Positions 30,795 to 40,579 of a stretch of 64,000 bases of DNA are shown here, in pieces (the stretch's first letter is position 1; each line of letters starts with the position of its first letter). The notes under the pieces were generated by a model. It did no database searches. It saw nothing but the letters and a program-made list of their open reading frames with translations, and was not told the DNA's origin. The position numbers and the translations under genes are program-made. The DNA comes from Microcoleus sp. (GTDB taxonomy: Bacteria > Cyanobacteriota > Cyanobacteriia > Cyanobacteriales > Microcoleaceae): contig JAYFMW010000017.1 of the NCBI GenBank assembly GCA_042408215.1, positions 416,001-480,000 on the forward strand, in the 5' to 3' direction.

Positions 30795-31568
30795 TTAAAA
30801 CTCCCGGCGGGAAAATATAGCGATCGAAATTGACAGCAGCAACACCCCATACAGCAAACCATAGCCAGCATTTGTAATCAGAGCAGCCAAATAAGGCACT
30901 TGTCCGTAAACAGCATCATTTCTCAAATTAAATCGCGCCAAATCGGGCAAAACCAGATAAAGTCCCATCATCAATTGTTCAAGGCCAGGATTTTTAGTTA
31001 ACTTACCCAAAGCCACTAAATCTCGCGTCGAATGTCCCACCAAATAAACGCCAAATGTCAGTAAAGTTGCCAGCAGCGAACTGGTAAACACTCCAAATAA
31101 AATCCCTATAGCAGTCACCAAAGACAGCTCGAACCAGATGAATAATGAAGCTATTAAAATGCTTTGTAAAGGGTAAGGAATGCGACTCAAACTCAAAATC
31201 GCCAGATAAATAACAGTCATTGCCGCGACAAGTACGCCCAGCACTGCCGACAACCCTAAATGCTTGCCAACAATTAACTCAGCGCGACTTATCGGTTTAG
31301 CTACCAACAGGTAAACAGTCCGTTTTTCAATTTCTTTGTTAACCAATCCGGTAGACACAAAGACAGTGACAATTATACCGAGGATGCTAATAGCAGCCAA
31401 ACCGATATCTAAGATAATTTTTTTCTCTGTTGTCGCCGCCAATTCCGGTATCAACCGCACCACAGCTCCCATCAACAGAGCAAAAACAATAATTAAGTAC
31501 AGGATGCGATCGCGAATTACTTCCCAGAATACATTAATCGCAACAGTCAAGATTCTTCTCAAATTCAT
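30795..31568 (-). CDS. fraE: ABC-2-type permease, FraE-like
   Basis: Multi-TM, EIEKRT...KPISR...GK; third gene after fraC and fraD. Confidence 0.75.
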   Translation of the reverse strand: MNLRRILTVAINVFWEVIRDRILYLIIVFALLMGAVVRLIPELAATTEKKIILDIGLAAISILGIIVTVFVSTGLVNKEIEKRTVYLLVAKPISRAELIVGKHLGLSAVLGVLVAAMTVIYLAILSLSRIPYPLQSILIASLFIWFELSLVTAIGILFGVFTSSLLATLLTFGVYLVGHSTRDLVALGKLTKNPGLEQLMMGLYLVLPDLARFNLRNDAVYGQVPYLAALITNAGYGLLYGVLLLSISIAIFSRREF

Positions 31569-31572
31569 TTGG

Positions 31573-31819
31573 TAATTGGGAATGGGGAATGGGGAATGGG
31601 GAATGGGGAATGGGGAATTGGGAATGGGGAATTGGGAATGGGGAATTGGGAATGGGGAATGGGGAATGGGGAATCGGGAATGGGGAATGGGGAATGGGGA
31701 ATGGGGAATGGGGAATCGGGAATTGGGAATTGGGAATGGGGAATGGGGAATTGGGAATGGGGAATGGGGAATGGGGGAATGGGGAATGGGGGAGTTGGGA
31801 ATTGGGAATTGGGAATTGG
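31573..31819 (+). repeat. (GGGGAAT/TGGGAAT)n STRR1-type tract
   Basis: About 35 tandem heptamers, directly visible. Confidence 0.97.
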
Positions 31820-31888
31820 TAAATGACAGAAACTAACAGCAGAATCATTTCCTGCTGTAAGGTTTACATTTAGCAGCCAAAAGCAGAA

Positions 31889-32887
31889 TCAAACTTGAGT
31901 CTCTCCCGGAGTTCCATCTTTTTTCAGCCCTGGCTTAGAGCGTTTGATAGCATTGCAGTCTATAGTAGCTGCATTGCCTATATTGATCACCTCGCAAGAT
32001 TTACTAAACGAATATATTTCCGGTCTGAAAACAAGTCCTAGCCAAGTTGCTTGCATTTCTAATTGATAGCGAGACTGTCCTTGGACGATCGAAGTTTTGA
32101 CATCCCAGCGAGAATCTTCTGGAACTATCCGCATTTTTTTAAAGGATTCATTCTTCAGAAAAAAGCGCTCGTTGTCAATATCTATCAGCATTTGCTCTAT
32201 CTGCGCCCAAGGTTTTGTGCGAGCCTCTTGTTTGAGGTATTTCTCCATTTCATTGAGGATAATAACACCTCGGGAGCGATTAATAGTTGGGCCTTGAAAT
32301 GTCACCACATAATCGCTTCGCTTCAAATTCTCTGATAAAACACTCGGATAGTCTTGCAGCCAACCTTGAATTAAAAAGTGAAAGGCAAACCAACAAGAAA
32401 TCAGCACATGACACAGGGTAAAAATCACAAATTGCGGGCGAACTAACGACCTGACTCTTTCCCATTTTGACTCGCTTTTCCAAATTTCTATGATAGCAGC
32501 AACTACGATGGCGATAATCGGGCCAGCTATCCACGCTATTTCCTTATTTTCTGCCGGCAATCTTACCAACAACCACAAGCCAATTAAGAAACTTGTCACC
32601 CACGGACTGATAATTTTTCCGTAAATAACAAAAGGTTTCTGAGAGGTGAGTGCACCCATTGAAATTGTAAAAAATAACCAGCTCAAATCAGCAATAGTCG
32701 TTCTGGTTGGCGCATCAGCGAAGGCCGCCACCGACAGCAAAGCTAAAAATATGCTAATCAGTAAAGGCGTCTTCCAGTGGACAACTTTAGGCGGAACCAT
32801 CGTCTTTTGGACTTTTTTATTGGTTTCCCAAAGGTTATTTGTTAGCTTCGTCAGTTGCTGGGTGACATCCAAAAATTGTTTCATCAT
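31889..32887 (-). CDS. fraD: septal junction protein FraD (DUF5357)
   Basis: Several N-terminal TMs, SCWF.FHF.IQ.WL.DYPS, periplasmic domain with two Cys; follows fraC; upstream ORF extension is a translated GAAGAAG repeat. Confidence 0.78.
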   Translation of the reverse strand: MMKQFLDVTQQLTKLTNNLWETNKKVQKTMVPPKVVHWKTPLLISIFLALLSVAAFADAPTRTTIADLSWLFFTISMGALTSQKPFVIYGKIISPWVTSFLIGLWLLVRLPAENKEIAWIAGPIIAIVVAAIIEIWKSESKWERVRSLVRPQFVIFTLCHVLISCWFAFHFLIQGWLQDYPSVLSENLKRSDYVVTFQGPTINRSRGVIILNEMEKYLKQEARTKPWAQIEQMLIDIDNERFFLKNESFKKMRIVPEDSRWDVKTSIVQGQSRYQLEMQATWLGLVFRPEIYSFSKSCEVINIGNAATIDCNAIKRSKPGLKKDGTPGETQV

Positions 32888-32892
32888 ATAGC

Positions 32893-32935
32893 AGAAGGAA
32901 GAAGGAAGAAGGAAGAAGGAAGAAGGAAGAAGGAA
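32893..32935 (+). repeat. (GAAGGAA)n tract between fraC and fraD
   Basis: Directly visible. Confidence 0.9.
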
Positions 32936-32995
32936 TAATAGCAAGGATTTCAGCGATTAAAAATTTCCTAATTGCCGAGAAGGTTGCTATATGTT

Positions 32996-33514
32996 TCAAT
33001 TGACGCTTTCCAAAAAAAACACGGTTAAGATCACGAAATTGCTAACAGTGTGGGCGATTAAAACTGCACCAAAAGTAGTAGTTACTTGGAAAGTTTTTTT
33101 AGGAGGGCGCTTGGTGAGGGTGGGCGGCCCTAAGAATTGAGGTTTGGTTGTTTTTTTATTGCCAGATGCCAAATTTTGCACCAGTTCTAATCCCTGCCAC
33201 TTGGCTAAAAAAGTTATTCCTAATACTGCTACTGCTATCAGAGTTATGGGAGCGTAAATATCCTGGTATCCTCCTAATAACATATAACCGATCAGCCGTT
33301 CCCGCAGGTCTTTTGAAAGCACGCTTTCAATGCCGAAGAAAATTAACCAACCTACGCAAGTGCAAGATAGATTGATGATGGTGGTATATTCAACGCTGGT
33401 TTTCGGGCCGAGTTTAAGTAGCTTTTGGAGAAACCACGCTTCGATCGCGATCGCCAAAAACACAATTAAAATTTGCACCAAAACTATCCGAAATGGAAAA
33501 ACACTCGCAATCAT
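32996..33514 (-). CDS. fraC: filament integrity protein FraC
   Basis: VFPFR.VL.QIL...AIAIEA...L.PKTSVEY...INL...VGWLIFF, AVL.AH..S. Confidence 0.82.
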   Translation of the reverse strand: MIASVFPFRIVLVQILIVFLAIAIEAWFLQKLLKLGPKTSVEYTTIINLSCTCVGWLIFFGIESVLSKDLRERLIGYMLLGGYQDIYAPITLIAVAVLGITFLAKWQGLELVQNLASGNKKTTKPQFLGPPTLTKRPPKKTFQVTTTFGAVLIAHTVSNFVILTVFFLESVN

Positions 33515-33708
33515 AAGTTTACAGCTATAAGGGCTGGGTAGAATCTATGTCGCCACCGGGCACAAACAGGACGATCGCGATCGAGCTAATTTGCCGTCTT
33601 GATATTTCAATCCCGGACATTTTCGCCACTCTGTCGGACCTAGCACGATACCGGGTTTTGAGCTTGTTTATAGTATAATCTGTCCAGATCCATTCACAGA
33701 ATGGAAAC

Positions 33709-35053
33709 TTGACACTCCCCAGCCTAAAGGCGTGGGGATTCTTTGTTCATAGAGCTAACGTGCTGCGGACAGGATTTCTCCAACCAGAGTAGAGGTCAAT
33801 TCTCCCAAAGCGTTGCTTGCGTTAAGCGCAAAGGTTCCGGTATGTCCTACCGTACCCAATCCTCGACTCAGGATATTTCTAGCTGCGTTTTCATCCCTAT
33901 CAAGAGTGCATCCACACTTGCAAACGTGCGTCCTCGTGGATAGCGTTTTCTTGACAATTGCACCGCAGCTAGAGCATTCTTGGCTAGTGTATTGTGGATT
34001 TACCGCAACCGTAACTCTTTCAAATACTTTGCCAAAGTATTCCAGCCAGATACGGAACTGATACCAAGAAGCATCGTTAATAGACTTAGCTAAACAATGA
34101 TTTTTCACCAGATTTTTAATTCTCAAATCTTCGTAAGCTATCAAGTCGTTTGACTGAACTACGCACCGCGCTAATTTCACAGCGTGGTCTTTGCGTTGCC
34201 GACTTATTTTGAGATGGCGTTTTCCTAAAATCTGTCTAGCTTTGCCTCTATTTTTTGAACCTTTAACTTTTCTAGAAACGCGACGTTGAGAGCGCTTAAG
34301 AACTTTTTCACCTGTTCGGAGGAATCTCGGATTTTCAACCGTCACTCCATTTGAATCGGTGTAATATTCCTTCAAACCAACGTCTAATCCGATGGTATTT
34401 CCAGAAGGCTCTATGTTTTCCTTTCGAGCGACATCGACACAGAATTGAACGTACACGCCGTCTGCACGTTTTACCAATCTTACCCGTTTGATTTGGGCGA
34501 TTTGATAGAAATGCAAATCCCGTGTTCCCTTTAATTTGAGTTTACCAATCCCTTTTTTGTCGGTGAATTTGATTGATTTTCTGTCATCCGCAAGTTTCCA
34601 TCCAGTTGATTTATACTCAACTGAGCGACAGTCTTTCTGGAATTGTGGATATCCTTTTTTACCAGGAATTGACTTTTTGCAGTTCTCGTAAAATCGGGAG
34701 ATAGCAGACCAGGCTCGTTCAGCACTGGCTTGTCTAGCTTGAGAGTTAAGTTCGTCGGCAAACGGGAAGTTATGAGCCAATACAGCACAATATTTGTTTA
34801 AATCGTACTTATCTATTTTTTTGTTGTCCATCCAATAGCGCAAACAGCTATTGCGGACAAATTGTGCTGTACGAATCGCTTCATTTACTGCTGCAATCTG
34901 ATTTGATTTTCCGTAAGCTTTGAACTCAAAAACTAGCATCGCCTTACCTCCTGCCTTATACTAGATCTTTTAGCACAAGATTTGCTGGTATTGTAACAAA
35001 GGTTTACAATTAAAGCCGTCCTAAAAGGACGGGGTTTTAAACCCAATTTCCTG
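33709..35053 (-). mobile_element. IS200/IS605 family tnpB-only (IS1341-type) element 1
   Basis: Left end after TTTAT (35058-35054) with CCGTCC-TTTTA-GGACGG hairpin; right-end hairpin ending GAGTGTCAA; no tnpA, no TSD. Confidence 0.88.
33755..34939 (-). CDS. tnpB: RNA-guided endonuclease TnpB
   Basis: RuvC residues GLDVG / YEDL / DRDENAA, zinc finger CSSC..CKC, TSQEC. Confidence 0.93.
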   Translation of the reverse strand: MLVFEFKAYGKSNQIAAVNEAIRTAQFVRNSCLRYWMDNKKIDKYDLNKYCAVLAHNFPFADELNSQARQASAERAWSAISRFYENCKKSIPGKKGYPQFQKDCRSVEYKSTGWKLADDRKSIKFTDKKGIGKLKLKGTRDLHFYQIAQIKRVRLVKRADGVYVQFCVDVARKENIEPSGNTIGLDVGLKEYYTDSNGVTVENPRFLRTGEKVLKRSQRRVSRKVKGSKNRGKARQILGKRHLKISRQRKDHAVKLARCVVQSNDLIAYEDLRIKNLVKNHCLAKSINDASWYQFRIWLEYFGKVFERVTVAVNPQYTSQECSSCGAIVKKTLSTRTHVCKCGCTLDRDENAARNILSRGLGTVGHTGTFALNASNALGELTSTLVGEILSAAR

Positions 35054-35112
35054 ATAAAACATTAAATTCCCTTAGCTACCGACCGCAAGACAGACTAAAA
35101 TAACTGCTGATT

Positions 35113-36246
35113 ATGGTAAGGAATGGCATTGGTATTCGGACAGCATCATCCCGATCGGAACGCGACATCGGTCAGATTCACGTCTACGACGGCGCTGGGA
35201 AAGGCAAGTCTCAGGCAGCTTTAGGGGTGGTTTTGCGATCGATCGGGCTGGGAATCGAGTCGGACTCGCCGACACGAGTCTTGCTGTTGCGCTTTCTCAA
35301 AGGCCCCGATCGAGCTTACGATGAAGACGGGGCCATCGAAGCATTGCAGCGAGCATTCCCTCACTTGATCGACCAAGTGCGTACTGGTCGATCGGAATAT
35401 TTTGGGGCCGAAGCAATCACCCGCTTAGATCGCACAGAAGCCCAGCGGGGCTGGGATATAGCAAAAGGGGCGATCGCCTCGGAACTCTATTCCGTGGTGG
35501 TTCTAGACGAACTCAACCCCGTCTTGGACTTAGGTTTGCTCCCAGTCGATGAAGTCGTCCAAACCCTCAAAAACAAACCCGAATATTTAGAAGTAATCGC
35601 CACAGGAAGGGCCGCCCCCCAAGCTTTACTGGATATTGCCGACTTGCATTCAGAAATGAAGCCCCACTACCACCCCGCAGCGGCCGAACACAATATTACG
35701 GGTATCGAAATATACACTGGTGCTGGGAAAGGCAAGTCTACGAGCGCTTTGGGCAAAGCTTTGCAGGCGATCGGCAGAGGTATCAGTTTAGACCAATCTC
35801 ACCGGGTGTTAATTGTGCAGTGGCTGAAAGGTGGCACCGGTTATACGGAAGATGCGGCGATCGCAGCTTTGCGGAAAAGCTACCCGCAGCTAGTCGATCA
35901 CCAGCGGTGCGGCCGGGATGCCATAGTTTGGCGCGGTCAACAGCAGGAGGTAGACTGTACGGAAGCAGAACGCGGCTGGGAAATCGCTAAAGCTGCGATC
36001 GCCAGCGGCTGGTACAAAACAATTATTCTTGACGAACTCAATCCCACCGTAGACTTAGAATTGCTGCCGGTAGAGCCGATCGTCGAAGCCCTGCTACGCA
36101 AACCCCGCGATACAGAAATCATTATCACCGGGCGCTGCCACAAACCCCACGCTTACTTTGATTTAGCAAGCGTACACTCAGAGGTATACTGTCACAAACA
36201 CTACGGCGATCGGGGCGTAGAACTCAAGCGCGGCGTAGACTTTTAA
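35113..36246 (+). CDS. cobO: cob(I)yrinic acid a,c-diamide adenosyltransferase (tandem-domain form)
   Basis: Two G.GKGKS motifs, two LDELNP motifs, TGR, GVDF end. Confidence 0.9.
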   Translation: MVRNGIGIRTASSRSERDIGQIHVYDGAGKGKSQAALGVVLRSIGLGIESDSPTRVLLLRFLKGPDRAYDEDGAIEALQRAFPHLIDQVRTGRSEYFGAEAITRLDRTEAQRGWDIAKGAIASELYSVVVLDELNPVLDLGLLPVDEVVQTLKNKPEYLEVIATGRAAPQALLDIADLHSEMKPHYHPAAAEHNITGIEIYTGAGKGKSTSALGKALQAIGRGISLDQSHRVLIVQWLKGGTGYTEDAAIAALRKSYPQLVDHQRCGRDAIVWRGQQQEVDCTEAERGWEIAKAAIASGWYKTIILDELNPTVDLELLPVEPIVEALLRKPRDTEIIITGRCHKPHAYFDLASVHSEVYCHKHYGDRGVELKRGVDF

Positions 36247-36593
36247 AACCTAAATTCTGATCCCTTTTTTGATCCTTAATCTCAAATTCCCCCTCTGGAT
36301 GCGATCCCGGCTCGCCAATCCAGCATGGAACATTCAGAATATCAACCACGTCTTCGAGAGCGTAAGCACCTCAGACCGTTCAATAAGGATTATAAAAGGG
36401 TGAAGACATTGAAAATAAAAGCTTACAACGAAAAAGTACCCCATCGAGAAAGTCTAGACAGGGTGAATGCAAGTAGGCTAGACTTGCGGCTGGCAAACAA
36501 GTTAAACTACAGCGGCATCCAAACATTCGGTGCTCTAGGCAGTGTCTGTAGTCGCAAAAGCGATGACCAATTAAGTAGAGGAGTGAATCTGTA

Positions 36594-38555
36594 ATGACAA
36601 CGCTAGATGACAATGCTAATCAAATTGATTTAAACATTCCGGGATTAGGCCCGGATACAATTTTTGCCGGAGCCGGGGCTGATTTCGTTAGAACTTCCAC
36701 CCTGGGCGGCAGCTTAATATTTGGCCAAGCCGATAACGATACTCTTATTTCTGTTGGCCCGAACGATACTTTGCATGGCGACAATGACGAAGACTCACTC
36801 AGATCTCAGGGCACACCCGCCTGGCTGTATGGCGAAGCAGGTAATGACACCATAGTCGCTCAAGGCCGCGCTACGATGGAGGGCGGTGATGGAGACGACT
36901 TCATGCAAGCTACTGCCGATGCTAACCGGATGCTTGGCAATGGGGGCAACGATACGATGCTGGGCGGGGCCGTTGGCAGAGACACCCTCTACGGTGGCAA
37001 GGAGAATGACTCCTTGGGGTTCTTCACCGCAAGCGGAGGCAACAACCTCGGTCTTAACCTAACTGGAGGCTCCGGTGGCAATCAAGGAAGCAACTACTTG
37101 CGGGGCGACTCGGGGGACGACTTGGTTGTGGGCATCAATATCAGAGACACCCTCCTAGGCGGTAAAGGCAACGACACGCTGGTGGGTGTGGCGAGCAACA
37201 GCTATCTGTCTGGCGATAATGGCGACGATTCTTTATATATTAAGAATCCTACCCAGATCCAATTCAACTCATTCACTGGTAACAACAACGATACTGTGAC
37301 TGTCGGCGTTGAAAAAATCACTTTGCGGGGCGGTGCGGGCAACGATACTATCACTGGCGGTTACGGCCAGTCGGGTGGTGGCAAAAACTTGTTTGATGGG
37401 GGCGAGGGTAACGACAGGATCACGGTTTTCGCCACGCAAGATACCGCCCTCGGAGGTGCAGGCGACGACTTCATCGAATCGACTACTGCGCCACCCTCAT
37501 TTAACCCATTACCTAACTTAGCGGGCCAGACATATGTAGGCAGTCGGAACTCTCTCGACGGCGAGGCGGGCAACGACACGATCGTCGGTGGCTATGCGTC
37601 TGATACGATACTTGGCGGTGCAGACAGCGACAGCCTGAGCGGTATCTTTAAGCTAGGCTCCGGTGGAGACGGCAACGATACGATCATTGCCAGTGTCGCT
37701 TTTGGTGGTACTACTCCTATTTCTATTACTCTCGAAGGTGGCCTGGGCGACGATTCCTTAGTTGGCAATGTTAATGCCGGCACCGTCACCAACTTCATGA
37801 ACGGTGGCGCAGGGAATGACACAATCATCTTTGGCTCCACGGGCGATAAGTTGATTGGCGACTTTGCGGGTAACGACTTCATCTCCTATTCCAGTGTTAA
37901 CTTTACCGGTTTTACAACGACGAACCTGATTACCGACAACTTAGGCAACAACTTCATCGATGGCGGCAGCGGCACTGATTCCATAACTACTGGTGACGGG
38001 ATTGACGTACTGTTCGGTCGGGCTGGAGACGATACCTTGAATGCCGGTGGCGGGAACGACACGCTGTTCGGCGACGTTGGTAACGACTATTTGCTCGGAG
38101 GTAATGGTAACGACTCTCTCGGCGGCGCGATCGGTGCTGACACGCTGATTGGCGGCGCGGGTAGTGACAGCTTCTACTACAACAACTCCGGCGAGGGCGT
38201 CGCGCTCGACAGCCTCACCGGCTTCCCCGTCACTACCGGCTTTGGTACCAACCCAGACCAAATCGGCGATTTTAACCCCAGTGAAGACAAGTTTATCTTA
38301 CAGTCCAGCCAATTCGGCTTTGGTACAGTTAGTGTGCCAAGTCGCCTAGCTTCTCAGTCATTCTTGACGGTTGACGCTGGGACTTACAACACCACTACGC
38401 CAGCTCCAACAGGATCATCACCGTTAATCGTTTACGAAGCTGCAAATGGCAGGCTGCTGTACGATGCTGACGGCCAGGGTGGTAAAGATCATATTTACCT
38501 TGCACTTCTGGCCGGCACACCGAGGCTTAATGCGGATAACATTACCCTGATTTAA
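36594..38555 (+). CDS. RTX-type (hemolysin-like) calcium-binding protein
   Basis: Many GG.GND.L nonapeptides; C-terminal D.I.DF...DK..L...G.L.YD.DG. Confidence 0.9.
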   Translation: MTTLDDNANQIDLNIPGLGPDTIFAGAGADFVRTSTLGGSLIFGQADNDTLISVGPNDTLHGDNDEDSLRSQGTPAWLYGEAGNDTIVAQGRATMEGGDGDDFMQATADANRMLGNGGNDTMLGGAVGRDTLYGGKENDSLGFFTASGGNNLGLNLTGGSGGNQGSNYLRGDSGDDLVVGINIRDTLLGGKGNDTLVGVASNSYLSGDNGDDSLYIKNPTQIQFNSFTGNNNDTVTVGVEKITLRGGAGNDTITGGYGQSGGGKNLFDGGEGNDRITVFATQDTALGGAGDDFIESTTAPPSFNPLPNLAGQTYVGSRNSLDGEAGNDTIVGGYASDTILGGADSDSLSGIFKLGSGGDGNDTIIASVAFGGTTPISITLEGGLGDDSLVGNVNAGTVTNFMNGGAGNDTIIFGSTGDKLIGDFAGNDFISYSSVNFTGFTTTNLITDNLGNNFIDGGSGTDSITTGDGIDVLFGRAGDDTLNAGGGNDTLFGDVGNDYLLGGNGNDSLGGAIGADTLIGGAGSDSFYYNNSGEGVALDSLTGFPVTTGFGTNPDQIGDFNPSEDKFILQSSQFGFGTVSVPSRLASQSFLTVDAGTYNTTTPAPTGSSPLIVYEAANGRLLYDADGQGGKDHIYLALLAGTPRLNADNITLI

Positions 38556-38629
38556 TTTGGGTAGGAGTAGGTACTCGATTCTGAAAATATCGTCCTACCA
38601 ACTCTAAAAACTAATTGTGCTATGTTTCG

Positions 38630-38658
38630 AGCTGGGGATATGTATCCCTGGCTTTTTT
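38630..38658 (+). terminator. intrinsic terminator
   Basis: agctggggata-tg-tatccctggct stem followed by T-run after the RTX gene. Confidence 0.7.
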
Positions 38659-38686
38659 ATTGGCCTTGGGCCTTGGGCCGGTTCAG

Positions 38687-38802
38687 TGTCATGCTGAGTG
38701 AAACGAAGCATCTCGGAGATTCTTCGCAACGCTTGCGAATGACATTTAACGCTCAGAATGACATTTAACGCTCAGAATGACATTTAATGCTCAGAATGGC
38801 AT
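38687..38802 (+). repeat. TGTCAT...GAATGACA hairpin with trailing 19-bp tandem copies
   Basis: Same family as 12722-12805; tttaacgctcagaatgaca repeated three times. Confidence 0.8.
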
Positions 38803-38910
38803 TTCTGCGGGTAGGGAGGTATTTCGGTAAAAACCCGGTTTCTGACCACTGGTAAAGGGGCGCGTTTTTATAATTAATCGATGGGTATCAGAGATTTAGG
38901 TGAAGCCACC

Positions 38911-39072
38911 CATTGGTGTCAACTTAAGACTGAAACCCATGAAAAATCTCGCTTTTACCTGAGTCTAGATCCCCCTAAATCCCCCTTAAGAAGGGAGTAG
39001 GGTGTGAGTAGGGGGTGACTTTGAGAAGATTCCTGTTCCCCCCTTGTTAAGGGGGGTTAGGGGGGATCTAAG
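38911..39072 (+). mobile_element. MITE type B, right end missing
   Basis: cattggtgtcaacttaag left TIR plus double-hairpin core; homologous to 47172-47366. Confidence 0.75.
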
Positions 39073-39101
39073 TTATCCCGTCAAAAAGTGAGGTGAAAAT
39101 A

Positions 39102-39356
39102 ATGGAAACAATTAAAGACTTAGATATTGTTGCTTTAACAGAAGACTTGGAAGCAACCCATTTTGAAACAAAACAAATCATTAAATTGTCTAAAGGACAA
39201 GTCGGAACAGTTGTGATGGAATTTGATGGCAGTGCTTTTGAGGTAGAATTTTCTCATCAAGATGGCACAACTTATGCAATGGAGACAATTCCCGCCACCA
39301 AATTAATGCTTTTGCATTATGAGTTAGTAGAATCTGTAGGGGCGGTTCGCCGATGA
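39102..39356 (+). CDS. DUF4926 domain protein
   Basis: LDIVALTEDL...KGQVGTVV...AFEVEFS..DG.TYA. Confidence 0.85.
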   Translation: METIKDLDIVALTEDLEATHFETKQIIKLSKGQVGTVVMEFDGSAFEVEFSHQDGTTYAMETIPATKLMLLHYELVESVGAVRR

Positions 39357-39372
39357 ATTTTGCCACTTGACT

Positions 39373-39925
39373 ACTGGTAAACTAAAGAAACCGGGTTTTT
39401 TGCGGTGCTGTGGTTGGTACTGAAACCCATGAAAAATCTCGCTTTTACCTGAGTCTAGATCCCCCTAAATCCCCCTTAAGAAGGGAGTAGGGTGTGAGTA
39501 GGGGGTGACTTTGAGAAGATTCCGGTTTCTGGCCACTGGTAAACTAAAGAAATCGGGTTTTTGGCAGTTCTGTGGTTGGTACTGAAACCCATGAAAAATC
39601 TCGCTTTTATCTGAGTCTAGATCCCCCTAAATCCCCCTTAAGAAGGGAGTAGGGTGTGAGTAGGGGGTGACTTTGAGAAGATTCCGGTTTCTGGCCACTG
39701 GTAAACTAAAGAAACCGGGTTTTTGCAGTGCTGTGGTTGGTACTGAAACCCATGAAAAATCTCGCTTTTACCTGAGTCTAGATCCCCCTAAATCCCCCTT
39801 AAGAAGGGGAGTAGGGGGTGACTTTGAGAAGATTCCGGTTTCTGGCCACTGGTAAACTAAAGAAACCGGGTTTTTGGCAGTGCTGTGGTTGGTAATCAAG
39901 TATTTCGGTAAAAACCCGGTTTCTG
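39373..39925 (+). repeat. tandem array of chimeric 162/162/151-bp units ending in an intact AGAAACCGGG...CCCGGTTTCT element
   Basis: Unit starts at 39373, 39535, 39697 and 39848. Confidence 0.9.
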
Positions 39926-39939
39926 ACTCCTTGCGTGTC

Positions 39940-40164
39940 CTATGTTGGAATTTCCACAAGTTTATTTTTGGAGGAAAGACCACACTTAATTGATATAGAA
40001 GATTTCGGCACTTTAAACTTTTTAGACAATAATACAATTAATTCTTGATTGGCTTTGCCATCGACTGGCGGCGATTTGAGATGTACTATTAAACTGCCGT
40101 CTGGTTGTTCTTCGATGCTTTGATTTTTGGAGTTTGGTTTAACTTTGATTGTTAAAATCATCAA
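39940..40164 (-). CDS. DUF167 (YggU) family protein
   Basis: [23 protein letters not shown]. Confidence 0.9.
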   Translation of the reverse strand: MMILTIKVKPNSKNQSIEEQPDGSLIVHLKSPPVDGKANQELIVLLSKKFKVPKSSISIKCGLSSKNKLVEIPT

Positions 40165-40185
40165 ATTGCAGTCCTTGAAATACTA

Positions 40186-40309
40186 AAGAAACCGGGTTTT
40201 TAACCAGTGTTAAAGGCTCAAATGCAGTATTTCTGTAAAAAACCCGGTTTCTGTTTTTAACCAGTGTTAAAGGCTCAAATGCAGTATTTCTGTAAAAAAC
40301 CCGGTTTCT
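40186..40309 (+). repeat. AGAAACCGGGTTTT...AAAACCCGGTTTCT hairpin element with internal tandem duplication
   Basis: ttttaaccagtgttaaaggctcaaatgcagtatttctgtaaaaaacccggtttctg occurs twice. Confidence 0.85.
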
Positions 40310-40455
40310 GCATCCAGGCTAATCTAGAAACCGTTGCGTCCCCAAATTACCATTGAAATTGAGAAGGAGAACAGAACTAGCAACGAAACCCAACCGAGTG
40401 ACAAAATATCCATAGTTATTTAAGAAACTGTACAAATTGACTCCAAACCTTATGA

Positions 40456-40575
40456 TACAGCAGATTGCAGGTTTATGAGATACACCTCATCAACCCCGAA
40501 TCAGGGCGGGCACGGGGGCACCGCCCCTACAAAAAACCGGTTTCTTTGTGCTTCACTTACCTGAAAAGTGCTGTA
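40456..40575. mobile_element. MITE-like element (TACAGCA...TGCTGTA ends) carrying a GTAG REP
   Basis: tacagcagattgcaggt / acctgaaaagtgctgta imperfect IR around agggcgggcacgggggcaccgcccctac. Confidence 0.55.
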
Positions 40576-40579
40576 GTCA

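Noticed and set aside
31534..31848. ORFs of the MGNGEWG / PIPHS type
   Set aside because: Translations of the heptamer tract in several frames
35113..36246. Internal duplication of cobO as a novelty
   Set aside because: The tandem-domain form is, to my knowledge, usual in cyanobacteria
36325..36594. 89-aa ORF upstream of the RTX gene
   Set aside because: No recognisable motif or RBS; more likely leader/promoter DNA, though not excluded
36594..38555. RTX gene as a foreign island (GC-richer look, no perfect HIP1 seen)
   Set aside because: Gly/Asp/Asn-rich composition can explain the bias; no mobility genes or boundaries seen
39373..39925. Long tandem array as a CRISPR or attC cassette array
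   Set aside because: Units repeat in full with no unique spacers or ORFs; explained as a chimera of two local repeats
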